Source: Solemya velum (lineage: Eukaryota). Taken from it: DNA of 64,000 bases. The position numbers and the translations under genes are program-made. The DNA is taken from NCBI GenBank assembly GCA_048127485.1, contig JBHNWI010000380.1:43436036-43500035 (forward strand), written 5' to 3'. How positions within the stretch are numbered: position 1 is the stretch's first letter; each line of letters starts with the position of its first letter. The notes beneath the pieces were generated by a model. That model was not told the origin of the DNA, ran no database searches, and worked only from the letters and a program-made list of their open reading frames with translations. Below are positions 35,161-49,300 of this stretch, piece by piece.

Positions 35161-36170
35161 GCCACCAATGTATCACAACAGACGTGAAACTCAGATCTTC
35201 CAGTTGGAGGAACAAAACCACATTGACTCGGTGTTTACGTTCATACTGTGTGGCAGAAATTAGACCCTGGTCGTGAGGCAAGCTTGCTATCCTATGAAGG
35301 CCCATATTATGTTTATGTGTGTCATGCTTTAACCGCCATCGCCCCCTCCTAAAATAACGATTAAGTTTAATGTGACACTGTTAATATTGATGCGCAGACA
35401 TATTATTTACGAAGCAGAACTTGTCTGTCTCCTCACGGCTTTACGTTAGTATAGACAGATGAAATTCATTCTACTCCGATCAAGGATGTCGGTATTGACA
35501 TTGTTAATTTTGGGGCAGTACCATACTGCCATGATAAAACAGTTATCTAGAACATTGTGATCCATTAATAGACTTGTAAGTTATATACCAATTCACTGGA
35601 TTTGACCACATGATTAACATGACGGGTGCCCCATGCTGGCCAGGAGGTGTTCACCCTTCAAGAGCACCTGGCTTCGCGTGTTATTCCGTTCACTTGTTTA
35701 TTTGGTCTTGTTGTTCGCTCTTTTTATTTTTGTCTAATGAGTTAAATTAGTACTTCTAAGTTCTTACACTCTGCTTACAAGCCTAGGCCAATGGATTATA
35801 GATATGCATATCAAAATAATAAAATTAAAATTATTTTTAATTTTAATTTTAATTTTTTGAAGTGGATCTAAGCATCAACTTACCAGTGTGAATGAACAGT
35901 CTGTGAATTACAATGAATTATATGTTGTTAGAGTTGCTCCCCTTTACCTATTTCCCCCAGAATGTTGATAACTGGAAATGTTATAAATTCACGTTGTTGA
36001 ACAAAGCCGTTGTAATAAATCAAAACAGAAGATGTATGTGCATCAATGATATCAATGGTAATATTCAATTTTGAGCATAACATTGATATTTTCGTTTTCA
36101 ATTTTCAATATGGTTTCACACATTGCGCATGCGTAGTAGACGATTTCGGCATCTATGCCAAGTCTGAAAA

Positions 36171-36319
36171 ATGGCGGAGACTAAACGGAAATACCAACCA
36201 ATTTCAAAGGGCTCAAAACATACAATTTTAGTAGAGGAAGCTATAAATGATGCTTTGATCGTTTGCTTGGAAGTTGGTACCAAGTTATTTAGGGGTGTTT
36301 TGTTGGATGTAAACAAGAG
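36171..36319 (+). CDS. PWWP2A: PWWP2A-like gene, candidate first coding exon (MAETKRKYQPISKGSKHTILVEEAINDALIVCLEVGTKLFRGVLLDVNK + 2 nt), ending at donor GAG|GTAATC
   Basis: aaaaATGG start context. The exon ends in phase 2, which matches the frame of the downstream large exon: the acceptor ttttttctattgcag|A at 36459/36460 gives '…VNKR-NLPHGVCFPF…'. The motif resembles the vertebrate PWWP2A segment …IIEDALVVSFRFGEKLFSGVLMDLSKRFGPHG… as I recall it. Confidence 0.6.
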
Positions 36320-36459
36320 GTAATCTGAATATTACATCTGTATTCCGAACAATTTTTCATATTTTTTTATTTTCATCACTCAAAATGACACAATATCACA
36401 CTAAATATTCGCCATTTTCACCCAATATTCAGTGGTGTGTTTCATTTTTTCTATTGCAG

Positions 36460-37948
36460 AAATCTCCCCCATGGTGTCTGCTTCCCTTTTGACAACAAGC
36501 AAAACGGAAAACCCGGAACTAGATCCGCTGCTTCTAAAGATAAGTCGGATACCCCCTCGTCTCAAGATGTGGATATTCCGTCTTCAGTTCTCCGACACAC
36601 ATATCATCAAGACCCGTCACATATGGGAGCAGCAGCACAAAAATACGCTTCAAAATCTTTCAGAAACAATTATAAAGATAAAACTGTGAGAAATATACGC
36701 TTGAGACCACGTCAAACTCTTTGTAGCAAGTGTAAGTCTGCATGTATTGATGGTGAAAAAGGGCCAGTTTCTGTTACAAACAAACAAACAAAAAACAATT
36801 CTACCCCAAAACAACGTCAGAATTCAACCAACCATCAAAAACACTCATACATGTCTCCTGGGTATAGAAACAACCATCATACGAGTCCGATCCAAACAAG
36901 AGCCAAAGAATCTTGTGCGACAGTTCTCACGCGACAAACTCTAGCATCATATCATCCTAAAAAAAGACGTAAAATGTTGTTATCTCGTTCAGTATCTCTT
37001 CCTGTTATAAAAGCTGATGTCAGGAAAAAGAATGAAAGATCATTCTCAGAAATTACAGACAAGATATATGAAAAAATGGATGCAGAAAAAACTGTGGAGA
37101 ATGGTGTTTCTATGGATACAAACGGTGTTGATGAAAAGATTGAAAATGAAGTTATGTCATTAGAAAGTGATCTCATATCTGTTTTCATTGATAAAACTAA
37201 AGATTCAGTGGATGGTGAAAAAAACGAAAACTGCATGGTTTCTGTGAAATTAGCAAATTGCTCATCAGATGATGCAGACAACAACCATCAGTCTGAAAAT
37301 TGTGAACAGCCAACACAGACACTATCTCGTATTCAGGCATGCAATGTTGACAATATTGAAAGTAGTGATCTTTCGCCTGTTGTAAAGCTAGACAAATCAT
37401 CAGTGCCAGTAACTAAAGCAACTCCTTTCATTAAAATATCTATTGGGGAGGGAACTGTACTGAAAATTCCTCCCCGCTTACATGAAGAAGCAGAAGAAAC
37501 TGATGCAGACCCTGTTTCTGAGGTGAACGGTGTGGAAAAAGAACAGAATGATGAGAATTATACAAATCATAAGAAGCTAAGAAAAGCTATGAAAAAAGCT
37601 AAAGAACGTGAGAAGTATAAAGAAGGGAATACGAATCCCAATTCTAATCAGACTATAATTACAACATCTAGTCATCATCGCAAACACAAAAGGAAACATA
37701 AACACAAACATTCAGCTCCCCTTCCGCTGACTGAACCCAGTGAAAGTAAAGAGGCAGGAAGCATAGAAGATGCTAATGAAGAAAATGATCCTGAATTCAG
37801 GTGTTTAGCTGAAATGAAGATCCGTCGTCTCTCGATAATGAAATGGCTTTACAGAGGCCTCGTTTGTTATATACTTGGAGGCAACATAAAGGACTGTCTC
37901 CCAGACAAGATCCTAACACTAGTGGTGACTGTAGCATTGAACCAATAA
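36460..37948 (+). CDS. PWWP2A: PWWP2A-like large exon, first part: a Lys/Ser/Asn-rich low-complexity region with a KRK/His-Lys nuclear-type basic stretch. It ends at an in-frame TAA (37946-37948).
   Basis: A strong acceptor precedes the exon. The 503-aa open frame contains IRLRPRQTLCSKCKSAC, cf. the PWWP2A motif KLRPRQVLCDKCK, and KRKHKHKHS. Confidence 0.65.
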
Positions 37949-38662
37949 AAAAAAGATTTCAAATTACCATGCAGTGAGAAGACTGATTCAAGCATACCTA
38001 ACTCACCTCTGATTGGAGCTCATGAAAATACTTTTGAACCGATATCTGCTCTTGAAACTAACCTGGTTCCAAATCTACTGGAGGAACACCCTCCTCGTTC
38101 TCCTCTTGATGTTGACAGTTATTCGCTCATCAGTGATGCATCCGAACCAAATCAAAATTGTTTTTCTGATACTGATTTTCTGAACTGTGTTGACATTGCA
38201 GACACCAATGATTTCAATGGTGATGATGATGACGATTCTCACGAAAATGGTCCCCCAGGTGATTCTAGTGCATTTGATTCAATCCGCCCACTTATGATGA
38301 AAATTCAAACTAGGAATGTGACTGGATGTGACACAGCTGATGGACGAACAATAAATGTTGGTGATATTGTTTGGGGTAAAATTCAAGGGTTTCCATGGTG
38401 GCCAGGAAGGGTTCTCTCAATATCTATGAGACAGAAAGATAAAGGAGTTGTGATACAGCAGTTGGCTCATATATCATGGTTTGGGTCATCCACAATGTCC
38501 CATATACAGTGCTCAGATTTATTCCCATTCTTAGAGGACTTCAAATTAAGATACAATAAAAAGAAAAAAGGGACGTATAAAAATGCAATAAAGCAAGCCA
38601 CCATTGCAGCACAGAGTATCACGAATGTTCATCATATTGACTTTAGTGAATTTGACCTTTGA
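37949..38662 (+). CDS. PWWP2A: PWWP2A-like large exon, second part. It is in the same frame, directly after the single TAA, and carries a C-terminal PWWP domain with the stop at 38660-38662.
   Basis: TADGRTINVGDIVWGKIQGFPWWPGRVLSISMRQKDKGVVIQQLAHISWFGSSTMSHIQCSDLFPFLEDFKLRYNKKKKGTYKNAIKQA is a canonical PWWP fold sequence, very close to the PWWP2A/B PWWP domain. Confidence 0.75.
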   Translation, partial: KKDFKLPCSEKTDSSIPNSPLIGAHENTFEPISALETNLVPNLLEEHPPRSPLDVDSYSLISDASEPNQNCFSDTDFLNCVDIADTNDFNGDDDDDSHENGPPGDSSAFDSIRPLMMKIQTRNVTGCDTADGRTINVGDIVWGKIQGFPWWPGRVLSISMRQKDKGVVIQQLAHISWFGSSTMSHIQCSDLFPFLEDFKLRYNKKKKGTYKNAIKQATIAAQSITNVHHIDFSEFDL

Positions 38663-41600
38663 CCTCCTGAAATGTTTACATTTCATCTCTAAATTTTTAA
38701 TATAAAACTGGTAAGTTCCAATTTTACTAGTACGGTTTAGACAGACCATATGATATAGCAATATTTAGAATGTAAGTTTAAGGATAAAGTCATTGTTGCA
38801 CATAAACAAGAGAAGTTTAAATGTTTTTGGGGTTTTTTTTGGCAGTAGCAACCTAAACAAGTAGTTAAAGTCTCTTGTAAAAAAAAAAAAAAACATAGAT
38901 TTTATAATTCTTTCTTTAGTGTTTGTTGTACAAATATGGTCTGACTCAGCCTTTAACTCTTTATCTTTAATATACCACATAAGACAAACATTAAAAGTGT
39001 AAACCAATTTTTACTAGTTTACAAGTTTAGCATTCTTCGGTGGAGTAAAATTTTGTTGAAGCTTAATTGGAAGCATTTACATGATATAGCTTGGGCTCTC
39101 ATATTTGTATATTTCCAGAAGATTAAAAATGCAATATATGATTATCAATGTGTCGGGTGACCCATGAATGACACTGGAGGTACATGCATGTGTATCATTA
39201 TCTAGTGTGGTAACAAAGTATACAAATGTAGATACTTCTCTAGGTGAGAAGCAAACCCCACTTTCTATAGATAACGAATGCCAAGGTCTATGACATGAAA
39301 GCTAAATTACAGACCTTGACTTATGAAGATGTCATGAACTATGCAGAGATTATCCTTAACCTCATTTTGTTAACTACCCCACATTCAAATCTGTTTGATC
39401 CATTGTGTTGTATTCAAACATACCATTTTGAGTGACACCTCGAGTCCTATCACCAAGAGTTGATGGAAACGGTGAACATTAATATATTATTCTTACCTAG
39501 CTACAGTTTCAAAAATCGGAGTCAGAAGAGGGAAACAGATATTTTTTTAATGTGGCTTTATTCATTTTTTTTTACTTTTTCAGTTTTACTTTGTGAAAGA
39601 AGATGCAGGAATTGCCATTGTGTTTTCAAGAGGAGAAACTCTGAATAATCGTTGAGAAATTGTCCCATATGCATGAGCTAATAGGAGAACAAAAGTGCTC
39701 ATTTTCATGTTCTCAATGTATGGTTATTATAAAATGTACATTACCGGTATACACTGACGGCTACTAAATATATTCCAGAACATTACAGTGTGCATGCATC
39801 CGCATGGTGAACTGAAGCATTCTCATTTTGAATTCATCACTTGTTATAATCCATAATTCTCCCAATATGTTGTCCAACAACTGAACTCTTTTAGAAGTGA
39901 GGAGTGGTCTATACTGACAATGATGGTTTCTTGTCACTGCCTGGTAGCATTTTCTAGTGGTCAAAACAAACCCCCATTTAGAAAATAATTGACATCTATG
40001 TGATGCATGATTTGACTATGGTCACAGAAAGAAAAAAAACGGGCATTCTTATAATTGAACTAGACACATTGGTGACAGAATGCTGTGAAGAATTGATATT
40101 TGACAAGTAAGTGAAAAGAAGGAGGATGTGATCCATTTCAATTTTTTTTTGGAATTTGTTCACCTTCATTCAGAAAAAAGATTTGGTGTATATGCAACAT
40201 GTAGGACTGTTCAGTGAAAATATGGTGCGTTGGAAACAAGACAATACTGAAGTTTGCATTCATTGAAAATCCTTACCCTATACTTACAGTAAGTGGGCTA
40301 ATATGAGCCAAACTCATCGGAAATCAAAGACTTTTACAGACTGATTTGGTCACAAGAAGATACATGTAGTTTCTTCATATTTATAGCCCTAATTCGATTT
40401 TCAGCTGATAATGTCATTACATTGAATTTGTTTGATTTTGAAGCATGGTAGTTTTATATAAAATGTACTTAATATTTGTCACAAGAATGTGTTGCCTGGT
40501 ATATCTGTATGTAGCTACATGTGCATGTATATACATGTATATAACAATGTACAGGCCCTTCAAACAGTATACCTGGTATAGATAACATGTCTAATGTTAG
40601 GGTAATGAGTAGGTCACAATGAGCTTCACATTTGGTTTTTTAAGCAATAGCATTTTTTATAGAATTTAGAATTATATGTTCAAGTATAAACAGCATATCT
40701 GGTATAAATTCGTTCTTCCAGTATTTATCCCATTTATATTTCTCTTATGAATAACAAATTTCTTACACAATCAGAAGAATTCAACAAACAAATGATTTAA
40801 GTACATGTAATTGGTTGATTAGTTAGATTCTAATAATTTGAATCTACGGTCATTTACTGGCTAGATTTACATCCCTTTAAATCATCAACTCTTTGATGTG
40901 TGGCTGATTTAATGTCTTAGGAGAAAGTATCATATGATATGCTAATTGAGACTGTTTTGGAGAACAATCCCCCACACAGTCTGTTAAAAAAAAATGGCAA
41001 CATCACTTAGCATATCATGTGGTACCTTGGCCTTGACATTCATATGATAAGATCGAGTGGATTATCGAGACGATAACTTGTAAGATCTGATTTTTATAGA
41101 TTATGAAAAATTATGAATTGAGCTAAGTGTAATGAGGGACACCTGACAGTCAGACACCAGAATACCACTTTTAAGGATTTTTGGTTTGTCCTGGCCAGAG
41201 TTTAAACTCCAATCTCAGAGTCACATAGCCACGGTGCTGGTCTCAATTAGAAAGAACTCAATAGGGTACTATCAGTATCCGATAGGCACCAAAGGCTTAT
41301 CTAGGGCTTTGATTATAATGTTGTCTTTTGGAGGCCAGAAGGTATTCAGCCATCTACGCAATGTCATGTGAAAGAATTATTTGTGTCTCTTTTTCACCAT
41401 TATTCAAAATTGACGAAAATTTTGTTCAACATGTTGAAGGGAAAATATATATCACACATTGATCAGAAGAATCATCAATTCCTATGTCAATTTTCTCATA
41501 ATTTATTAAATGGAAACAGATCCTTTCTCTCCAAAAAATATATAATAAATTCTCTTGATTTTTAAAACATTGAATTCTTTGTTAGATATCCACTCTCCAT

Positions 41601-43350
41601 GTGATAAGTTTTCGTCATTTATCATCCAAACTCACTTTGAATGGATTGGAAATACGTTCTTGTGATGATGTAAATATGTCTAACCTAAACTACACTTATC
41701 TGTCTAGATATTTGTCAGAATTGATTCATAGCACTCAGCTAAGACTTTGAATATTGAAATTATGATTTATACTCAAGTAAGTTGATTTAATGCAAATAGA
41801 GTTCATTTATTATACACCCCAATATATAAGATGATAATGCTTCAAAATATATTTATGTGCTTACAACTAGTCACAAAAATTTGTTGAATATATTTCATGG
41901 AATGTTTTATTGTTACTGAGATGTCATCTGATGAATATTATATGCATTGAAGGATTTGTGTGAGAATCATTGAGTGTAACAGTACTCTTATTGACGAAAG
42001 TCACTGACTATCAATCCCCAAAATATCAATTATTTCATATGAACATGATGACTGCTGTTGTGAAAGTTTCGAGTACACCAAAACATCATGCTTAACATTG
42101 ACTGATACTGAGGATACATGCGCTTCCAAAAATAAATTATGGTAAGGAACCAGGTGTTGCCTTCCTCCCATGAAGATTTCTTGCAAAAGATGAGGGATGT
42201 GAATAATATACATAAAATTTTAACTCGACTACGATTTCTACTTAATTACCATTTTTTGTTTTATACTGTTACTGTACTTCCCAGGTGAACATAGAGGGAA
42301 TGAAACTGATGTATTCTTCTCTCTCCCTCGATTCCCCCACCCCTGAGCCCACCCACGATTATTGTCTTCCTTTTATTCAATCATACCTTTCTTCTGACTT
42401 CTAATGCTTTGTCTATGTAAATCAAGAACATTATGCCTTCACACACACCCACAAAAAAAACCATACATTTATTATATAACATCATTTGTCATACTTAAAG
42501 TGTCATGGCAAATGTTTTTGTTCAGCTGAACCCATGTCTTAATTCAAGTTGTATGTTAAGATGGGGAAATATATTTAATTTCATATTTTTGCCCAGTGGT
42601 GGATATCAGATTTGACACTTGGCACTTCTTTCTAGTTTTACTTGGGCTCTTTTTTCTTATGTCATTTAAATGTATCTGAAAATTTCAGTTGTTTTCAGTG
42701 TACAGTCACTTACAGCGAAGTGTTGACCCTCCCAATTAGCATGTTTGTTCTGAAAGTATGTGTACATAAGGTTTTATTTAAGGTAAACAGAAATCGTCAG
42801 TCCCATGTGCTGTAGTTCATCAACTATGAAGAACAACTATATGGAGATTTTTTCAAATTCCCCGATGTATAAAGATCCAGCAAAACATTTGAACTTCATA
42901 AAAGTATAGCTTTCAAAAGGCTTTGAAATTAAACTTCATAAAAATTTATATGCTTGAAAATAAATTAAAAAAAATTTAATTCAATGTAATTACATTATAC
43001 TGGTTGAGTGAGTTTTAAGTGACATTGATAAATATTTAAGGGAGATTCCCCTTGCTTCCACAAGCTCATCGGAATAACGAAAGAATGCAGTTATGTCATA
43101 CATTTAAAGAAGGAAATTGTTTTTCCGAAGATGATATTAGCTCTTGAAAATCCTCTTCCAGTAATATGTATGAACTATATTCTCATTAATTACATTGTCT
43201 TCGAATGTAGATGGTATATATAATCAAGGAATTGTTTATCTACTTCACAATCAATAACTAGCTATTTTCCAGCTGAAAATGACAATACACATCCCTATAA
43301 GATATGAAATTTGTTTACTATCATGAGTTCAAGTTAATGAATGAATAAAA

Positions 43351-43389
43351 ATGTTTCATCTCGTAGAGTATGAGATGAAACTTTTTTTT
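43351..43389 (+). other. Perfect 10-bp stem / 9-nt loop hairpin (gtttcatctc…gagatgaaac) followed by a T9 run, embedded in a larger imperfect palindrome (43320-43420)
   Basis: Direct reading. It resembles a Pol III-type terminator or foldback repeat; no associated gene was identified. Confidence 0.4.
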
Positions 43390-46300
43390 TATTTATCCAT
43401 GAACTTGAACTTGAAGACTAGACCCATAATCCTAAATAAATAAAGGTTGTACTAACCGAGAATACACAGGACCATTGAGATGTGACAGTTGGAGTACTGT
43501 CAGACATTGTTATTTCCAAAAACATTGATATACATGTTTTCTACAATTTAATGAGCAAGATGATGCAAAAATACACACGCATAAAAATTGAGTGTAAAAC
43601 CCCAACAGGATCATACAAATTTGCCTTATCCTCAGTATGAATAATTCGATGTAAATGGTATAGGACCTTATGTACAATGCTAATTGTATTTATAATGCTC
43701 ATCAAACCTTATATATATAGAAGTTTTATATAATGGTTGGACCAATGTGGAGGGGGAGATAATTTATCTGGGCCCTAAATATGGGTCATAGGGTTCTGAC
43801 TGTTTCATAATATCATTTTCAGAATATTCTGAAATTAGTTAAAAACCTAGAAAATTTGACATTGTATACAGTTCCTGCAAGCATGTTCGATATTATTTAT
43901 TTTCTTTCGATCAATTTTCAAATTCTGAGACAGATTTTTGCCATATGGGGAAGAGGCCACATCACACTTTGATGTAAGAATTTTCATTGTTTTAGCAAGG
44001 ATTTCTTTTTTATTTGAAGTTACAAAATCTCTATTGATAGATCAAAATGAAAATCAGTTTACTGTTTAGGATAGATTGATGTCCAATTTACTGGTTCTAG
44101 TCTGAATTAATTATATTGTTGTTTCAATATTGCTTCATCACATTTTTATTGACAAAGTAGATTCTATTATATTTTTGAGGTTTTACCAAAAGCATTTCAT
44201 GTGCATAGACTGTTGTTTACAGTCTGAATCATTTTTAAATAACATTGTTTTATTTTCATTTTGGACATTTCCAAATCAAGTGTCACTCCTTGGGTAATAT
44301 GCATGCGGAAGAATAGTAGTAATTTTTATATCAACATAATTTGATAGTAATACATTCGATGCTAAATGTAACAATTTCAAAGTGACTACTGGAAAATTGA
44401 ATAGACATTTACTGGGAGAACAGTCAATTCCTGTTTAATGTACCTCCTAATCAATATTACAGGCTTCCTTTCTGAATTAAACAATACCATATATACATGT
44501 ACAATCAAACCTGTATTCAACAGACACTGAAGGGAGCCAAGAATAGTGCCTGTATAGGGCCTATCGCTATTTGCTACAAGTACATAAATAAAATAAGTTG
44601 GTAATTATGAGTGGTCGATATGATCACTTCTGAATGCTGATTTTTCAATTGTAATTGATAACATTGCCTGGTATTATTATATTTTGAACACTGCACATCT
44701 CCTCAATGTAACTGCGACATTTCATTCCCCGTAGATCCATTTGTTCCTGTCATGTTCAACTTGTGTAACTGTTATAACTCGTGTACGATTACACTTTCAC
44801 CTTAGACTGCAATATTGCAACAAGGGAAATTCATAGGTTCTATTTGAGTCTTTCCCTTATACACTTCGAGACTAAACATAAAAAGGAGGTGTGTGATTAA
44901 GATGTTACCATTTCATATTTCCATAAGGCGTTACAATAGACATTTTAATTGTTTTTCAAATTTGCATAGTGTCTTTCAGCACTATTTTTCTTGTCTTTCG
45001 GTATAGCTTCTTTAAAATGTTACAAGCCTTCATGATCTGTTGCTGCCTTGGTATTCAAACCACTGCCTTGGCTATAAATAGAAGTAGGCATACTGGAGCC
45101 ACCAATTATATTAAACTTTTGTCAAGTTCATGCCAGAGGGCCAAGAAAAACAGTTGAAACTTTTGAATTTCCATCACCTCACCATAATAAAACTTATTAT
45201 TTGATATGCATACATCAATGCATTGTTTGAGATCTTTCCACACTAGCATGGGATTTACAAACAAGAATGGTGTGGAGTTGTAAGATCTTTAATTCATTTC
45301 TTTTAAAAAGAGTTGTTAAGGCTAACAAATTTAAAGTGATAACAAAAGCATTTGTTCTCATACTATACAAGAATTTGGGAAGATAGGATTCATTAGTTGA
45401 TTCTATCAAAAATAGTGGGTCTGTTTTTATTTTCTACATAATGGGACATGTGTGAGCTGCTTTGTTAGGAACTTAACACATCAATTAAGAACAAAGTCAG
45501 TTCTACAGCAGCGTTCACTAAAGCACGAAAACTTGTTTCTTCTTCATTGAAAAAACATCATCTAATTTGATCAAGGCAATTGTGTACACAATGTACTCTG
45601 CATGGCCAGTCTCCTGAATAAATAAATCGATATATGCCTGTATTAGGAAAGCCAACTCTGAAATTGCCATTCAGCATTGGCTGCAAATTGAAGAACCAGA
45701 GTTGTGTCAAGTTGTAATATCTTGATTAAAATAATCCCATCTTCCATAAAACAATTATTCAAGCATTTTGGAATATAAAAAATATGAAGTTCTAAATTGT
45801 GATATCTGTTTCGCTCTTTAGGGAAGTAAAATGGTGCATATATACACATGTAACTTAATTAATTAATCAATTAATATTCCAAAATCACTAATTAGATGAG
45901 GAAGGCTGTGTACAGTAATGGTAAATGGGGATATATGAATAATTTCTTTACAGCTTTCAATAGAGAAATATAAGTGGAAGGAATAATACTACAAATGTAA
46001 GCGTCAGTCCCTCTCCTTTTAAAATCATGGGCCAATTTTTGAAATGCACAGGTGTGAAGTTAATGTAACAGTCAGGTTAGAGCCATTCTAGAGACAGGAA
46101 TTTCAGTGTACAGTAACATATATATAGTAAGTAATAATCAAAATTCTACTCAATCGAACAATGACGGCAACATACCACTGTTTTGTCAGGGACTTCTAAT
46201 AGATATATATTCTCTTACAAGTCCTGGTTTTGATTATTTATATTTTTGATTCAACTTTGGCTTGCATATTGAAGCAGTCATGTCACGATTGTCAATGAAA

Positions 46301-49300
46301 TGCTAGCAGCTATCGAATCTTATTCTTCACTTGTACTGTGGAGTAAATCTTTAATGGACAGATCTAAGCACACCATAGTTATGTAGGGAGGGATGGAAAT
46401 GCATGACTTGGCTCCAATGGAGACAATAGTGCTACATTGTTGGTGGTTCTAATTGACAGCAGAGATGATTGATTACATTGTTGATTTATTCTGCTTTTGA
46501 TCTTGTACTGGTACAGGGCTTGATTGTATGGAAATGTTGTAGGAAAGCTAGTTTTCTTGCTTGACTGCACAACACTGTACATCACATTGATACTATCCAG
46601 TTAAAACTTTGTCCATCTCTTCTGTAGCATTGACCATATACTTCACTTTAGAACAGACATCAAATGATCGAATACCTCTCTCGATTTCCCATCCAACTCA
46701 AGGAAACATTTCGACTTTTGCCCCAACATATTGTTCTGTCCCATACAAGAGTCCAATAGACTTCTTTTGTCCATTTTTACCATACTCAATGCTGACCTGG
46801 TTTCTATCTATTTTCCAAGCTTGTGTACTTTATGCTCCAGAGAAATAGTAGTTTTTTACTTGAAGATAAGGTTCAAAGGAACTAGAGCTCTTACAAGATA
46901 GTTAATCACTCTTCTCAGACTGTGAATAACAGAGTTATGAACCCTTTTTCCCCATCTTGTTTGCTTCTTGTCTGCAGGATAACATGATCAAATATTTACT
47001 GATTGACTGCAAACTTTGCATATAGATTCATCTGCAGGAGTGTTACAGTTAAATGTCCATAACATAATCCCACTATGACTTTTTATTGAACACACTGAGC
47101 ACAACATCCCACTATACTGCCAATTTCTGTTGGTCTTGAGCATGGCCAGACTAAAGAGGCCCACTGTACACCACTATTTCCAATTTATGTCTCTACATTT
47201 ATAATACCCGCAGTTTATTTTTATGTCACGGTAGGTTATGCTGCCCTCGGTAGCCAGATCTTCTTATTTTCTAAATTGCCACACATCTCCATCAGGTAAC
47301 AATTCAAACTATTATATGAATTCCATTGACCAGAATGCCCCAAAATGGATCTGCTTATGAATGTTTATAATCTAAAATCATGAATACTCCTATGATTGGC
47401 ATTAGAATGCTCTACTCTCCACTTCAAAAAAAGTGAATTACTACTGGTAATCTCATTAATTTAGAGCTTTCATTTTGCTGTTATCGGCTGGGACACTCCA
47501 TTAGGATACTAGAGTGCATGACTGTTAAGGTCATGTTCTGGTGAACTTTACATTGACCAATCAGAATACAACTTTACAGCCACTGGAAAACCATCTAAAC
47601 ATCATAATTTCTAATGTAGCAACCTATACAGCATGAGGGATACTGAAAGATGCACCCACAGGCATGAGTTTGTCCCTCTTATCCCAACAAAAACATATAT
47701 CCCCGAGAATTCTATGTATATTATCTTTATATTTATGTTCACAGTGACAACAAAAGGAAGCGATGTGATGGTATTTACCCAAACCTATGGGGAGTCAACT
47801 AATATCATCATTCTCTCATTAAGTCTCCCGGTCTATGTATGAGTTTGGTAGTCAGCTCTCGCCTCACAAGTTGAAACATCGTCAAAATAGCTATACATTC
47901 TTTGCCGTCAATGAGTGTATGAATATTTTTGTTTTATGCTTGTTCCATCTCTGATATCGAACAGATCAAGAGTTTTCTGAATCAGTTTTCCACTGAGTCA
48001 TCTTTCATTGCCATACTGGTACTACAAAATTGAACGAGAGAAAATGACGTCATATGCTAATAGCAAAACTTCACCAGAACATAACCCCTAAAAGGCCACT
48101 CTAGCTTATAACGTAGCAAAATGGAAGATCTTGTTTTATTGAGATTGGTACTACTGGCACACCATTATGCTTCATATATAGTAACTGTCACAAAATAATT
48201 CCATTTATCTTTCACAATCTATTCGTTGTATGATTTTATTTTATTTTAATTACTCAATGAATTAATTCATAGAGAGTTGTATGTACAATAGAATTACTGA
48301 ATGTGGAAAAGTATTGTGCCAAAGCTGCAGTTACTCTGATAATAAGTATAGTGTATGCCGTACTCTTTGTCTCGCGACTGCAGGAATGACTGAATAATAA
48401 TTCAATTTTCCAAGATCTTGATTCACACAACACATACATTCTGGTAGGTATGAGAGATAAAGTGACATTCAACATGTTCAAAGTTGTAAAATGTATTCAT
48501 GATTAAAGAAAGAGTTTAGGAGGACTGCATCATATCAAACAGCTTAAATATGTTGATTATATATACAGTATATGTTTCGTCTCTATGTGATATTTTTGTT
48601 TGTAATCATTTGTGGTATATCTGTTCAATAATTCACATTTACAACCATTGGTTTCTCTGATTTGCTTTCATTTTTCACCATGTCATGCTTGAAGTCTGAC
48701 AGTAATGAATGCATCTGCCATACTGAACTGAATATTCCATTATACAATGTGTTTTCCATACTCAATTTTAAAAGGTCAGTATCTTTATTGTAGGATGTAA
48801 TCATTTGAAGACAAAACACTTTCTCCCTATAATTATATGGAGAACTTTGAAATATCTAAGTCAGCATATCGTACATATTCATTATTAAAAACATTTTATT
48901 TCTGTGATTTTGAGACAAATTCTAGGCAATATGCCAAACTAATTGAATTATATGTTGCCGAGTCTTTTCCATATGTGATAACAGTGCTTTTTCAAGTTAC
49001 AGTACAATGTTAGCATTATATTATTTTCATCACCATAGTTGATTTCCTTTGTTGTTGAACATGTATTTTTGTATTCATAGAAGTTGGAAAAATATTGATA
49101 AATTTAACCATGATAATGAAGAAGAATTTGAATTTTTCAGCAAAGTCGGACTATAAAATTTAATATATAATCCAGATTACTATCTGAGTGCTTTTGTTTC
49201 TTAATTTTTCCCTGTACATTTGAGGCTGACCACCGAATGAATTTCACAATTCTGAACCTGAAGAACAGGTCACAATATATTCCTACATCATGTACTCATT

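Noticed and set aside
35039-35305. 88-aa ORF containing FFFFNFFFF and GGG runs
   Set aside because: It translates the poly(A)/poly(C) homopolymer tract at 35117-35160; low-complexity artefact.
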